DNA of 64,000 bases from an uncultured bacterium. GTDB lineage: Bacteria > Oederibacteriota > Muellerivitia > Muellerivitales > Muellerivitaceae. The notes beneath the pieces were generated by a model that was not told the DNA's origin, did no database searches, and saw only the letters and a program-made list of their open reading frames with translations. The translations under genes were made by a program, and so were the position numbers. Positions 1-9,192 of the stretch are shown piece after piece. The first letter of the stretch is position 1. The number at the start of each line of letters is the position of its first letter. The stretch lies in contig CAYMOV010000004.1 in the NCBI GenBank assembly GCA_964392085.1, positions 16,808 to 80,807 of the forward strand, given 5' to 3'.

Positions 1-470
1 TAAAGCGGTTCATGGGCGCCCGGGATGAAGACCAGTGGGTAGTCGGAGAATTCCAGGGCATTGAGCGGCGCGATGATTTCCATGGCGCTGTCGCCGCGGT
101 AAGGACCGGGGATGAACCCGAAATGGCTGAGCCGCATCCAGGCCCCGAGGGCGAGGACCAGGGCCAAGCCCCCCCATGAGGTGACGGGGCCCCAAGCCCG
201 GCCCGAGGGGGCTTCGGGCAGGGAGCGGCAACCCCAAACCCAAATCCCAAGGGCGGCCAGGAAGAAAGGGAGGGCCCAAGCGGATGAAAGTCCCGGGAGC
301 CCAAAAGCCCAAAATACATAACCGGATCCGGGGAGGAAAAGGAGAAACGCGACGACGGCCCAAGCGGCCTGCAGCGACCGATTCCTTGGTGGGACGGGAA
401 GGACCCGGGCGGCCGCCCCCGAAGTTCGGTGGACGGCATTTCGACGTCGAGGTGTTCCGGCTCGGGCCAT
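1..470 (-). CDS. Membrane glycosyltransferase, GT-C/ArnT(GT39)-like, N-terminal part; runs off the left edge
   Basis: Not in the ORF track. Manual translation is open from ATG 470 (AGGA upstream) to base 1: MARAGTPRRR...hydrophobic helices...WMRLSHFGFIPGPYRGDSAMEII. This resembles the first loop of the GT39-like gene at 39385-41496. Confidence 0.6.
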   Translation of the reverse strand, partial: MARAGTPRRRNAVHRTSGAAARVLPVPPRNRSLQAAWAVVAFLLFLPGSGYVFWAFGLPGLSSAWALPFFLAALGIWVWGCRSLPEAPSGRAWGPVTSWGGLALVLALGAWMRLSHFGFIPGPYRGDSAMEIIAPLNALEFSDYPLVFIPGAHEPL

Positions 471-522
471 TGGCTTTGTCCTATTCGTCCAACCGGTCGT
501 TCAACCCTAAGGCTTGGGACGG

Positions 523-834
523 CTAACAAAACTATTTGAACCGCCATGACCACAAAGTTCACTAACAGGATGCTGAAAAAGAGTTTTTCACCCTGTCAGC
601 AGCCGCGTGGCTCGAGCGAATCGCCGTAAATCCCCTGGTTTTTGAGGGGATGATTCGCGAGTAAGATACGAAAATGTCTCATCAGTTCGACTTTTTCATC
701 ATCCCGCTAAGAGCGCCCAGGGATACCGCCGTTAAATCCTGGACTTTCCTTTGTGACCTCGATGACGCCCTCAGACGAAGCCTGACGGGTGGTGGCCTTT
801 GCGGTGAATAGGTTGGCTTTGCGTGGTTTTGTTA
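523..834. repeat. Composite REP/REPIN-like intergenic repeat, copy A, hosting a MITE
   Basis: The left arm (aactatttgaaccgccatgaccacaaagttcactaa) and right arm (gccctcagacgaagcctgacggg...cctttgcggtgaataggttggctttgcgtggttt) align with 12780-13094. The right end abuts the TAA of the YfhO-like gene. Confidence 0.75.
566..706 (+). mobile_element. MITE copy 1 (141 bp)
   Basis: Terminal inverted repeats CAGGATGCTGAAAAAG / CTTTTTCATCATCCCG, flanked by CTAA direct repeats (562-565, 707-710). No coding capacity. Confidence 0.85.
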
Positions 835-2967
835 AAGGCCCTTAGGCCAGCCCGGCAATTTTCCCAAGCCGGCCATGAGGAACGCCGTCAACGCCGCCAG
901 GCTCACGAAAAGCCCCAATCGGAACGCCGAGGGCTCATAGCGGAATTGGATCCGGTGCAAGCCAATCCCCTTGACCGGCACCGCCATGAATAGGCCGTAG
1001 GCCCGGAAGATCACCTGGGGCCGGCCGTCGACCCAGGCCCGCCATCCAGGCGCGTAGGTCTCGTTGAAAGCCAGCCAACCCTGCTCGTCGAAATTCACCT
1101 CGAACTCCTGGAGGCAGGGGCTGATCCGGTTCGCGGTGACCGTGCTCCCGCCGTTCAGGAACCGGTCGAGCCTCCCAGCCAGTTTCTCCAGGATGCCGTA
1201 CTGGGCCGAGTCCCGGTGGGACAGCTCCCGGACCGGGGCCGGGAGCCTGACGGCCTTTCCGTCGGACTCAGTCTCGCTGTAAATGTTCTCTTCCAGGAAG
1301 GCGTTGGGATCCATCATCGCCAGCAGGACGGAAGCTCGGTCCGGGAAACTTTTCACGTAGGGTGCCCGCCAACCGTTCAGGAGGTTGTCCGCTCCGGCGT
1401 TGCGGGAGAGCTCAGCCCCCGCGAGGGTTCGTTGGATCTGGTATTTTCGGAACGGGGGCGTGTGGGGCAGGAGCAGGGCCCGCACCCCGGCGGCATCCAG
1501 CAACCGCTCGTTGCCGATGCCCCGCGCCAGGTACCTTCGGATGTCCTGGAAGCCGTCCACGCTGCTGGACAAGTAACCGTCCACCGACCGGATGCCCCAC
1601 ACCTCGTTGGTATTGGGCGCTGCCCAGCGGGCTTGGTAGCGGAAGGATTCCTCGAAAGTCCCTTCCCCCTTGGGGTAGAGCGCGTCCCGCTCCCGCATCG
1701 TCACGAACCGACCCGTGCCGGCCGATTGCCGGAGGTCCCCCGCGTCATGGGCCACATCGGCCTGTCGATAGGGGTCGCCGATCAAATGGACGAGCCCGAA
1801 GGGAACGGCCGCGAGGTCGGCCAGCCAGAGGCAGGCCAAAAGGGCGCCACCCATCCCCACAGTCCAACGGCGTTGGGCCGTCCACTTCTCCAGGCTCAAC
1901 AACGCCGCCGTGATTGCCGCGAACACGAAAAGCGGCGAGGCCTTCACGGGCTCCAGGAAGTTCACCAAACCGTGGGGTTGGAGGGCGTCCGGCAGGAATC
2001 GGAAACCCGTGGCCAGGGCCAACATCCCCAGGGCGCTGAAGGCGTAGAAAGGCGCGCGGTAGCGTTTGACGCAGAGCCCGACCAGGAACGCCGCCAGGGG
2101 CAGGAGGCCGAAATAGGGGTTGTAGATATAGTTGCCGTAGACGCCCTGGAATCCCGCCGTGCCCGGCACGCCCAGGATGTCGGGCTTCAGCAACGTCAGG
2201 AACTCGATGGGCGTGAAGCAGAAGGGCGTATGGCCCCAGCTGTCACGGTGGGCGTAGCCCAGGTAGTCGAGGAACGGCAGCCATTGGACCGCCGAGACCG
2301 CCAGGGCTCCGAGGCCCGCGAGGAAAATCGCACCCCATTGGCGGGCGCCGGGTTTCTTGTGGAAAAGGAGCCATAGGGCCATGAAGAGCCCGGTGAACAG
2401 GGTGAAGAAGGCGTAACCGGAAAGGATCTGCATCCCCGCGCAGGCGCTGAAAATAAAGTAGGCGCCGAAGGTCCTACGTTCCAGCGCGCGGTCGCAGGCC
2501 CAAAAGATCCAGGGGATCCACGCCAAGGTCGAGAGGTGGGTGGGGAAACCCCAGAACTGGGTCATGAGTGCGCAACCGCCGAAGCTGACGGCGCCCAACA
2601 GGGCGGGCACCGGCCGGACCTTCAATCGGCGGGTCCAGAGGAAGAACCCCAGGGACGCCCAGGCCGAATGGGCCTGGGCCATCCAGAAGAACCAATCGGT
2701 GAGGCCGGTGAGGTTCCACAGGAGGTGCGGGGGATAAAAGGGCGCGGGCTGGGACTGGGCCAAGTGCGGGGTGCCGCAGGCGATCCAGGGGTTCCAAAGC
2801 GGGATGATCCCGGCCTTGAACTGTTCGACGTTGACCCACTTCTCGGGAAAGGAATACTCGAGGGTATCCATGTAGGCCGGGAAATGGCCGTGGAACCGGA
2901 AGGCCCAATAAAACCAGGTGGCGGCCCAAACCCCCAATAGGGCCCAGAAACCCTTGGAGAACCTCAC
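832..2967 (-). CDS. YfhO-family membrane protein (GT-C fold)
   Basis: WNPWIACGTPHLAQSQPAPFYP motif, many TM helices, C-terminal ETYAPGWRAWVDG...FRYEP. Likely GTG start at 2967 with GGAGG, overlapping the upstream TGA. Confidence 0.8.
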   Translation of the reverse strand: MRFSKGFWALLGVWAATWFYWAFRFHGHFPAYMDTLEYSFPEKWVNVEQFKAGIIPLWNPWIACGTPHLAQSQPAPFYPPHLLWNLTGLTDWFFWMAQAHSAWASLGFFLWTRRLKVRPVPALLGAVSFGGCALMTQFWGFPTHLSTLAWIPWIFWACDRALERRTFGAYFIFSACAGMQILSGYAFFTLFTGLFMALWLLFHKKPGARQWGAIFLAGLGALAVSAVQWLPFLDYLGYAHRDSWGHTPFCFTPIEFLTLLKPDILGVPGTAGFQGVYGNYIYNPYFGLLPLAAFLVGLCVKRYRAPFYAFSALGMLALATGFRFLPDALQPHGLVNFLEPVKASPLFVFAAITAALLSLEKWTAQRRWTVGMGGALLACLWLADLAAVPFGLVHLIGDPYRQADVAHDAGDLRQSAGTGRFVTMRERDALYPKGEGTFEESFRYQARWAAPNTNEVWGIRSVDGYLSSSVDGFQDIRRYLARGIGNERLLDAAGVRALLLPHTPPFRKYQIQRTLAGAELSRNAGADNLLNGWRAPYVKSFPDRASVLLAMMDPNAFLEENIYSETESDGKAVRLPAPVRELSHRDSAQYGILEKLAGRLDRFLNGGSTVTANRISPCLQEFEVNFDEQGWLAFNETYAPGWRAWVDGRPQVIFRAYGLFMAVPVKGIGLHRIQFRYEPSAFRLGLFVSLAALTAFLMAGLGKLPGWPKGL

Positions 2968-5051
2968 GCGCTCTTCCTCCGCCATTCCGTCAAGATCCAG
3001 AGCCATCCGCAGGTGAGGGAAAGCAGGCAAAGGAACAATCCCAACCGGAATGAAGTCGGTTCATAGGACCACCGGACTTCCCGCTCGCCCGGACCCACCA
3101 CCACGCCCCGGAAGGCGTGGTCCACGACGAGGGGTGAGCGCCTCTGCCCGTTCACCCGGACGACCCAACCGGGCGCGGCGGATTCCGAGGATACCACGAG
3201 TCCCCGGCCCTCGCTCGGGGCGTCGAAATACAACCGGTTCAACTCATGGTTGTACAGGTCGACCCTCCGGGAGGTGAAATCTCCCGCGGCGCCCGCCGGG
3301 TCCACAAAGGCCGTTTGGTCCAACCCCAGGCCTTCACGTTCCATCAGGGCCAAGTCGTCTTCCACCCCGTTCGGGGGAAGGGCCCGGGTCACGGAGAACC
3401 AAAGGGGATGGGCCATGAAGTTCCGGGACACGATCGCGCCGTCCCCCAGGTCGGCCTCCACCTGGAGGCCCGGAAGGTCGGTCTTTCCGATCAGGTAGTC
3501 CACCCCCAGGAAGTTCAGGGCCTGGCGGGAGAACTTGGGCGACACCTGGAAAACCGCCCGTTTCCATTCCCTCAGCGACTGGAGCCCGAAGGAATTGTAA
3601 TCCACCACCTCGCCGAAGCCCCAGAGGAGCGGCCAGTTCGGCGTCACCCGGCTTTTCGCCAATTCGTAGGCTTCCTCCCGATTGACGCCCTCCAACCTCG
3701 AGGAGGCCGCCAGGAGGGCGGGCGAATGGAGGACCCGGGGAGTCGTGGAGTTCAATTGGGCGACCCAAGAGGACCGTAAGGTGTAAAAAGACTCGGGTAA
3801 GGTCCACCGGAGGCTCAGGGCCGGCGGCGCCAGGGTCGCCAAAGACAGGATCAGGACCGAGGCTCCGAAGATCCGGGAAGAAGTTCTCCCGGACTGGGGA
3901 TGGCCGGAAACCATCAACCCTTGGAGGACCCCCGCGGCGAAAACCGAAAGGACGAACGCCATGATCGGCAAGAGGAAACCCGAGCGCACCACCAGCCGGT
4001 AACCCGGAACCAGCGCCTTAAGCCAACCGCCCAACCCCGCGGTCTCGCCCAACGCGAGCCAGACGAGGAACACCGAGAAAGCCCATCCCTTGCGGGAAAC
4101 GCCACCCCGGTTGAACAGGGCTTTCACCATACCCCAGGCCGCCAGGACCAGCGCCGGCAGACCTATATAGAAGGAAGTCACCCAATAGGGCGGTCCCGCG
4201 TAGTTCTCGTCCAGGGGATGACCTAGGGCAAAGGGATCCAGGAAGGTCCGGAGGGAGTCCCAACCCAGGGCCTGGGTGTGGGACTGGCCATCTGAGGAAA
4301 TCGACCCCAACCTCAGGACCTCCAAGAACGGCAAGGCCCAGACCAGGTTCACAAAAGCCGCGAGGATCTGGGAGAGGAGAAGCCGCGTCGGCCAACCCCG
4401 GGAAGGACCTGGGGCATCCTCCGCCAAGGCCAGGTGGACCCACAAAAGTAAACCCGTGAGGTAGGGGATCACCGGATAACCGGCCAATCCCTGGAGGGCC
4501 AGGCAGGCGAAAGCCGTGGGGGCGGCCCCACGCTTCCCCGCCTTCACCGCCTCCCCCGACAGGAACACCCAAGGGATCCAGGAGGCCGCCATCAAGGCCA
4601 CCGGGGTCCAGAGGGACGAAACCATCGTCGCGGAAAAGCCGAAGGCCAAGGCCCCCGCCAGGCAGGCCCAGAGGTTCCAACCCTTCCGCCGCAAATAAAC
4701 CCAGGCCCCCAGGAGCGCCCAGAAGTGGTGCGCCGCGATCACCCCGTGGAAGGCCGTCACGGGCGGCTGGAGGAAATAGGCGACACGGAGCGGCGGGTAA
4801 AAACTCGCGGTCTGGGGATCGCAGGCGAAGGGAACCCCGCAGCCCATGTCCGGGTTCCAGAGCGGGATCATCCCGGCGTTCCAGGCCCGGACCGCCCAGG
4901 TCCAAACCGGGAAAAAGAAACGTGAAGCGTCCACCGCGGGAAAGATTCGGCCGCCGAAAAGCACGGGCCAATGGTAAAAGATCACCAGGGACAGGAGGAC
5001 CGCCGGTCCGAGCCCAGGCCGGTCCTCGAGGGGCAGCGTGTTTTTCCTCAA
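2964..5051 (-). CDS. YfhO-family membrane protein, paralog
   Basis: PLWNPDMGCGVPFACDPQTASFYPP and C-terminal SESAAPGWVVRVNG...WSYEP. Start uncertain (TTG 5051 overlapping the upstream stop; ORF track gives 5141). Confidence 0.8.
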   Translation of the reverse strand: MRKNTLPLEDRPGLGPAVLLSLVIFYHWPVLFGGRIFPAVDASRFFFPVWTWAVRAWNAGMIPLWNPDMGCGVPFACDPQTASFYPPLRVAYFLQPPVTAFHGVIAAHHFWALLGAWVYLRRKGWNLWACLAGALAFGFSATMVSSLWTPVALMAASWIPWVFLSGEAVKAGKRGAAPTAFACLALQGLAGYPVIPYLTGLLLWVHLALAEDAPGPSRGWPTRLLLSQILAAFVNLVWALPFLEVLRLGSISSDGQSHTQALGWDSLRTFLDPFALGHPLDENYAGPPYWVTSFYIGLPALVLAAWGMVKALFNRGGVSRKGWAFSVFLVWLALGETAGLGGWLKALVPGYRLVVRSGFLLPIMAFVLSVFAAGVLQGLMVSGHPQSGRTSSRIFGASVLILSLATLAPPALSLRWTLPESFYTLRSSWVAQLNSTTPRVLHSPALLAASSRLEGVNREEAYELAKSRVTPNWPLLWGFGEVVDYNSFGLQSLREWKRAVFQVSPKFSRQALNFLGVDYLIGKTDLPGLQVEADLGDGAIVSRNFMAHPLWFSVTRALPPNGVEDDLALMEREGLGLDQTAFVDPAGAAGDFTSRRVDLYNHELNRLYFDAPSEGRGLVVSSESAAPGWVVRVNGQRRSPLVVDHAFRGVVVGPGEREVRWSYEPTSFRLGLFLCLLSLTCGWLWILTEWRRKSA

Positions 5052-8014
5052 GGGGCGGCCGCCTTTCGGACCCGCGCCAAGACTTCCGGCGGCAGGGTCA
5101 CCATGTCCCGCTCGGCGGGCGCCACCTCTTCGCCCTTCCATTGGTCGAGGATCCCGAGGGCCCGCTGGTAGGCCTGGAGGGCCTCGGGTTTCAGTTTCAG
5201 GTTATCGGCGAGGTCCCCGAGCGCCACCTCCGTAGGGGCGTCGTTCGGTTCGAAGCTCAAGGCGGATCGGTAACAAGCCAGGGCCTCGGGCTTCCGACCG
5301 ACCTTCTGGAGAAAATCCCCCTCCTCCCGCAGGACTTGGGCGGAGAACGGTTGGTCCCCCCGGGCCCGCTGGAAGGATTGGTACCCCTGGGCCGAGACTT
5401 CCTCCAAGGGGAGGTGCCCCAGGCGCGCCGCGTCGCGCCGGGCCCGGACGAGGGACACCGTCCCGTCGGTTTGTTCCAGTTCCTGAACGCGGTCGAAGGC
5501 GTCCTCAGACCTTGTCCTCCAGGCCGGGTCGTCGGTGGCGAGGAACAAACTTTCGAGGTACAGGGCCCGGTCGAGGATCACCCGGTGGTCCCAGGGCGCC
5601 AAACGTTCGGCGGCCTGGTATTCCCGCAGAGCCTCGGGGAATTGCCCCGCGGCTTGGTCCGCCTCGGCGGTCCGCAACATCGAGGGGACGCAGGCCGCGG
5701 ATCCCCAGATCCCCAGGCCGAGGGCCAAGGCCGCCCCGGCGTTCAACCAGGAGGTTTGGGGTTTGGGCCTGGTCGCCGGACCCGCCGAGGCGCCCAAGGC
5801 CTGCCAAGCCAGGACCGGCGTGTGCCAAGTAAAGTCGAAGAAGGCGTTCAGCCCGGTGGCGGCGATAACCGCGCGGGTTTCCACCCGGAGCGGCTTTCGG
5901 GTCACCACCCAAACTGAGCCGCCGAAAAGGACCAAACCCAAAAGGCCGAAGGACGCCAATCCCTCGAGCCATTCGTTGTGGGCGTGCTGAGGATCCATAA
6001 GATAGCGGGAAACCTTGCCCACTTGGGGGACCTGAAATTGGTGGAACATCCCGCCGTAGGAACCGGGGCCGGCCCCGAAGAGCCATTGATCCAGCCAGAT
6101 TTGACCCGCGGCCTTCCACATCTGGACCCGTCCCCAGGGGGTGGATTGGTGGTTCCCCACGAAACGCCAGCCCAGGAAAAACAGGAACGTCGCGCCCATA
6201 CCCATCGCGAGGAACCCATAAAACTTCCGTGATTTCCCGGGCTTGAGGTTTTTCCAAAAAACCCACAGACCCGCCACCAGCCCCGCCAGGGCCCCCGTAG
6301 CCCGAAAGGCCGCCAGGGTCAGGAGTGAGACCGAGATGGAGACCCAATTTTTCGCCGTTTTTTTGGCGGCGTTCAATTCCAAAAGGGCCAGGACCGCCAA
6401 GAAGGATGCCAGGTGCTTGGGTTGAGCGAAAAATCCAAGGCTGTAGAGATTGGGATCCTTCACGAAATGGGCCCACTCGAACAGCATCCAGACCAGTCCG
6501 ACCCGGCTGAAACGCAGGAGGGCGGCTCCCGGGTCCGGTTGGGAGCGGAGGTAGAGGAGGAACACCAAGGCCAGGGCCGCGGCCGTGAGGAACCAGGCCG
6601 ACCCAAGGGAGGAAGGCCCCAGGAGGGAACGACCGATGAGATAGATCCCAGTGAGGGCCACCCAAGCGTGGACCGATTCCACCGACGAGCGCCGGAAGGC
6701 CGTGACCGAAAGGAGGACGCAAGCCCCCAGGGCCAGGTTCCAGGGCCGGAAAGGCGGATTCAGGCCGTAAACCGCCAGCACGCCCAAGAGGATCCACTCC
6801 ATCCGATCCGCGCGAAGGACCGGAAGTTTGATTTTCCATTCCGTCCGTTCGAGGGTGAGCGTTCCGGCCAAAATCGCCGTGGCCGCCAGGATCTCCGGCA
6901 TCACAAAGGGAAGGTCCAAGAGGGAATAGAGGCACACCGAGAGAACCCCCAACCCCGCCGGGGTGGCCCACCCCTTCCCCACCCGGCGGAAGAGGGACTG
7001 CGCGGCCCAAACTGCGAGGACGAGACCGGGCAAGCCCAGTTCAGCAAAGGCCTGGAGCGGAAGGTTGTGGGAGAATCGGGCCCCCCCCTCGATCGGAAAA
7101 CCGGCGGCCCAATAGCCCGCCTCAAAACATCCGGCTCCCACACCCCCCACCCAATGGCGTAGGCCGAGTTGGAGGACCCGGTCCCAGAGGATGACCCGGT
7201 TGTCGAGGGACGCGTGGCTCCAATGGCCCCAACCCCGATAGGCCACCAAGGCCCCCATGAGGGCCAGCGCGAACATCGAACCCCGGATAGCCCAGGCCCG
7301 GAGTGCGGTGTTTTTCGAAACCCCACCCGCCAGGACGAAACCCCCGGCCAAGGCCACCCAAGCGCCCGCGCTTTGGGCCGCCATCAGACCGACGAGAAGC
7401 GATACCCCGGCCGTCCCGTAAATCCACCGGACGGTTCCACGCCCTTCCCGGGCCTTCGCCCAAGCCATCGGAAGGAGAAGCAACATCAGCGCGGCCTGGG
7501 CCCCCGGGGTAATGAGAAACCCGAAGGCCCGTTTGATGCCGGCGGCCCCCCGAAGGGCCTCATAGTCGGCCTGGGGGAAATCCCGAAGGTGCGCTTGGAT
7601 CCGGTCGAAGCCCCAGGTCCACTGGGCGCAACCGTAAAGGGCCGACAGGGTCCCGGCCGCCAACAAGACGTTCACAATCCGGCCGCGGGATCCGGGTTCG
7701 AGGCCCCGGACGACGAGGAAAAGGACCGCCGCGAGAAACAGAAGGGCCGAAGCCTGGAGGGAAATTCCGGGTTGGAGGGACCAAGCCGAGCTGAGGACAA
7801 CAAACCCGAGGAGGGCCAAGACCGCCGGTCCCAGGGTCGCGAGGGCGTCGTCCTGGAGCGGCCGAAGGAACAAAAGGATCAACCCCAGGGAGAGGGCGAG
7901 GGGCAGGAAGCGCGGATCGCCCAGGGCCGGGCGGGCGAGCAGGAGAAGCCATCCGGCACAGACCGTGAATTCCGCCAGGTGGCCCGGAAACAATTGGAAC
8001 CGGGAGGGTTTCAT
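5048..8014 (-). CDS. O-antigen ligase (Wzy_C)-like protein with two ligase modules and C-terminal TPRs
   Basis: Two sets of R..LW...G.G.G / (S/A)HN..L....E.G..G motifs, then TPR-like helices. ATG 8014 with GGAGGT RBS. Confidence 0.75.
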   Translation of the reverse strand: MKPSRFQLFPGHLAEFTVCAGWLLLLARPALGDPRFLPLALSLGLILLFLRPLQDDALATLGPAVLALLGFVVLSSAWSLQPGISLQASALLFLAAVLFLVVRGLEPGSRGRIVNVLLAAGTLSALYGCAQWTWGFDRIQAHLRDFPQADYEALRGAAGIKRAFGFLITPGAQAALMLLLLPMAWAKAREGRGTVRWIYGTAGVSLLVGLMAAQSAGAWVALAGGFVLAGGVSKNTALRAWAIRGSMFALALMGALVAYRGWGHWSHASLDNRVILWDRVLQLGLRHWVGGVGAGCFEAGYWAAGFPIEGGARFSHNLPLQAFAELGLPGLVLAVWAAQSLFRRVGKGWATPAGLGVLSVCLYSLLDLPFVMPEILAATAILAGTLTLERTEWKIKLPVLRADRMEWILLGVLAVYGLNPPFRPWNLALGACVLLSVTAFRRSSVESVHAWVALTGIYLIGRSLLGPSSLGSAWFLTAAALALVFLLYLRSQPDPGAALLRFSRVGLVWMLFEWAHFVKDPNLYSLGFFAQPKHLASFLAVLALLELNAAKKTAKNWVSISVSLLTLAAFRATGALAGLVAGLWVFWKNLKPGKSRKFYGFLAMGMGATFLFFLGWRFVGNHQSTPWGRVQMWKAAGQIWLDQWLFGAGPGSYGGMFHQFQVPQVGKVSRYLMDPQHAHNEWLEGLASFGLLGLVLFGGSVWVVTRKPLRVETRAVIAATGLNAFFDFTWHTPVLAWQALGASAGPATRPKPQTSWLNAGAALALGLGIWGSAACVPSMLRTAEADQAAGQFPEALREYQAAERLAPWDHRVILDRALYLESLFLATDDPAWRTRSEDAFDRVQELEQTDGTVSLVRARRDAARLGHLPLEEVSAQGYQSFQRARGDQPFSAQVLREEGDFLQKVGRKPEALACYRSALSFEPNDAPTEVALGDLADNLKLKPEALQAYQRALGILDQWKGEEVAPAERDMVTLPPEVLARVRKAAAP

Positions 8015-8099
8015 GGGCCTCACCTCCCGCAACCCAGGAAATCGGGGGTCCTTGGATCGGGCAGGAGTCCCCAACGGATAACCGGGAAGGACGCCGAGG

Positions 8100-8540
8100 T
8101 CATTCGGGGAGTTTCAATTCCTTGGCGGCTTCCAGGGCTAGGCCGTAACTGTCCTTCCCGAAACCCATGATGACCCCCACGGCGACGGGTGAGATATGGG
8201 AGGTTTGGCGGAAACCCTCCCGGGCCAGGGTGTTCGACAGGTGGACCTCGATGGCGGGCACCTTCACGGCGGCCAGGGCGTCCCGGATGGCCACGGAAGT
8301 GTGGGTGTAGGCGGCCGGGTTGATCACGATCACGTCGGCCCAATTGCGGCAATTCTGGATCGCGTCCACCAGCTCGCCCTCATGGTTCGACTGGACGATT
8401 TTGAGTTCCAAGCCCAACCGGGCGGCCCGCTCCGCAAGTTCCTGGTTGATTTCCTCCAAGGTGAAGCGCCCGTATATGACCGGTTCCCGCTCCCCCAGAA
8501 GGTTGAGGTTGGGGCCATGGATCACCAGGACTTTACGCAT
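8100..8540 (-). CDS. aroQ: Type II 3-dehydroquinate dehydratase
   Basis: [47 protein letters not shown]. Confidence 0.95.
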   Translation of the reverse strand: MRKVLVIHGPNLNLLGEREPVIYGRFTLEEINQELAERAARLGLELKIVQSNHEGELVDAIQNCRNWADVIVINPAAYTHTSVAIRDALAAVKVPAIEVHLSNTLAREGFRQTSHISPVAVGVIMGFGKDSYGLALEAAKELKLPE

Positions 8541-8684
8541 CGGGCTTCTCCACCGTTGGGATGGGGAGATTATATAAGGATAGGACCCCGACGTTTCACT
8601 TTTTACCGGTACCCCGGGCAACGTGGAATGAATGTCGCCTATTTACTGTTTTTCAATTCCCATTCATCCAGGACCCTTCGGGAC

Positions 8685-9038
8685 CTAGTCGTCCCGGCGG
8701 ACCGTCTCCATCGAGAAGGCCGGAAGGCAAACTGAGAGGTATTCGGCCCCTTGGGGGGTCGAATATCGGATCCACTGTCCCCGGGGAGAGTGGTAGGCCT
8801 GTCCGACCTGGACCTCCTGGACCCCTTGGGAGGTCTCCACCCGGAGAAATCCCTTCAACACCAGGGACCACTCGTCAAAATCGGGGGTTTGACCGGGCTC
8901 CACCCAGCCCGGCGGGCTTTTCATCCGGGCCAGGCTCAGCCGGCCCTCGCCGTCGTTCACCCGACCGACGAATTCCTCGATGATTTTCGGGGGAATCCCC
9001 GCGGCCGGCACTACCGTCGGCTTCTCAATCAAACCCAT
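8685..9038 (-). CDS. Cupin-domain protein (EutQ-like)
   Basis: PGWVEPGQTPDFDEWSLVLKG...RYSTP cupin pattern. ATG 9038 with GGAGG RBS. Confidence 0.75.
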   Translation of the reverse strand: MGLIEKPTVVPAAGIPPKIIEEFVGRVNDGEGRLSLARMKSPPGWVEPGQTPDFDEWSLVLKGFLRVETSQGVQEVQVGQAYHSPRGQWIRYSTPQGAEYLSVCLPAFSMETVRRDD

Positions 9039-9192
9039 GATGTCCTCCCGTTTTCCCACGGAAAACTCAACCCTACAACCCGCCCCCGGGAAATATCCAC
9101 TCCCCCATGAAATTCCCCCAATAAAAAAGGAGGGGCGGAAAGCCGCCCCCCCTTCTCGATCAACCCTTCTTCCCTCCAATTCCGGGAAAGGG

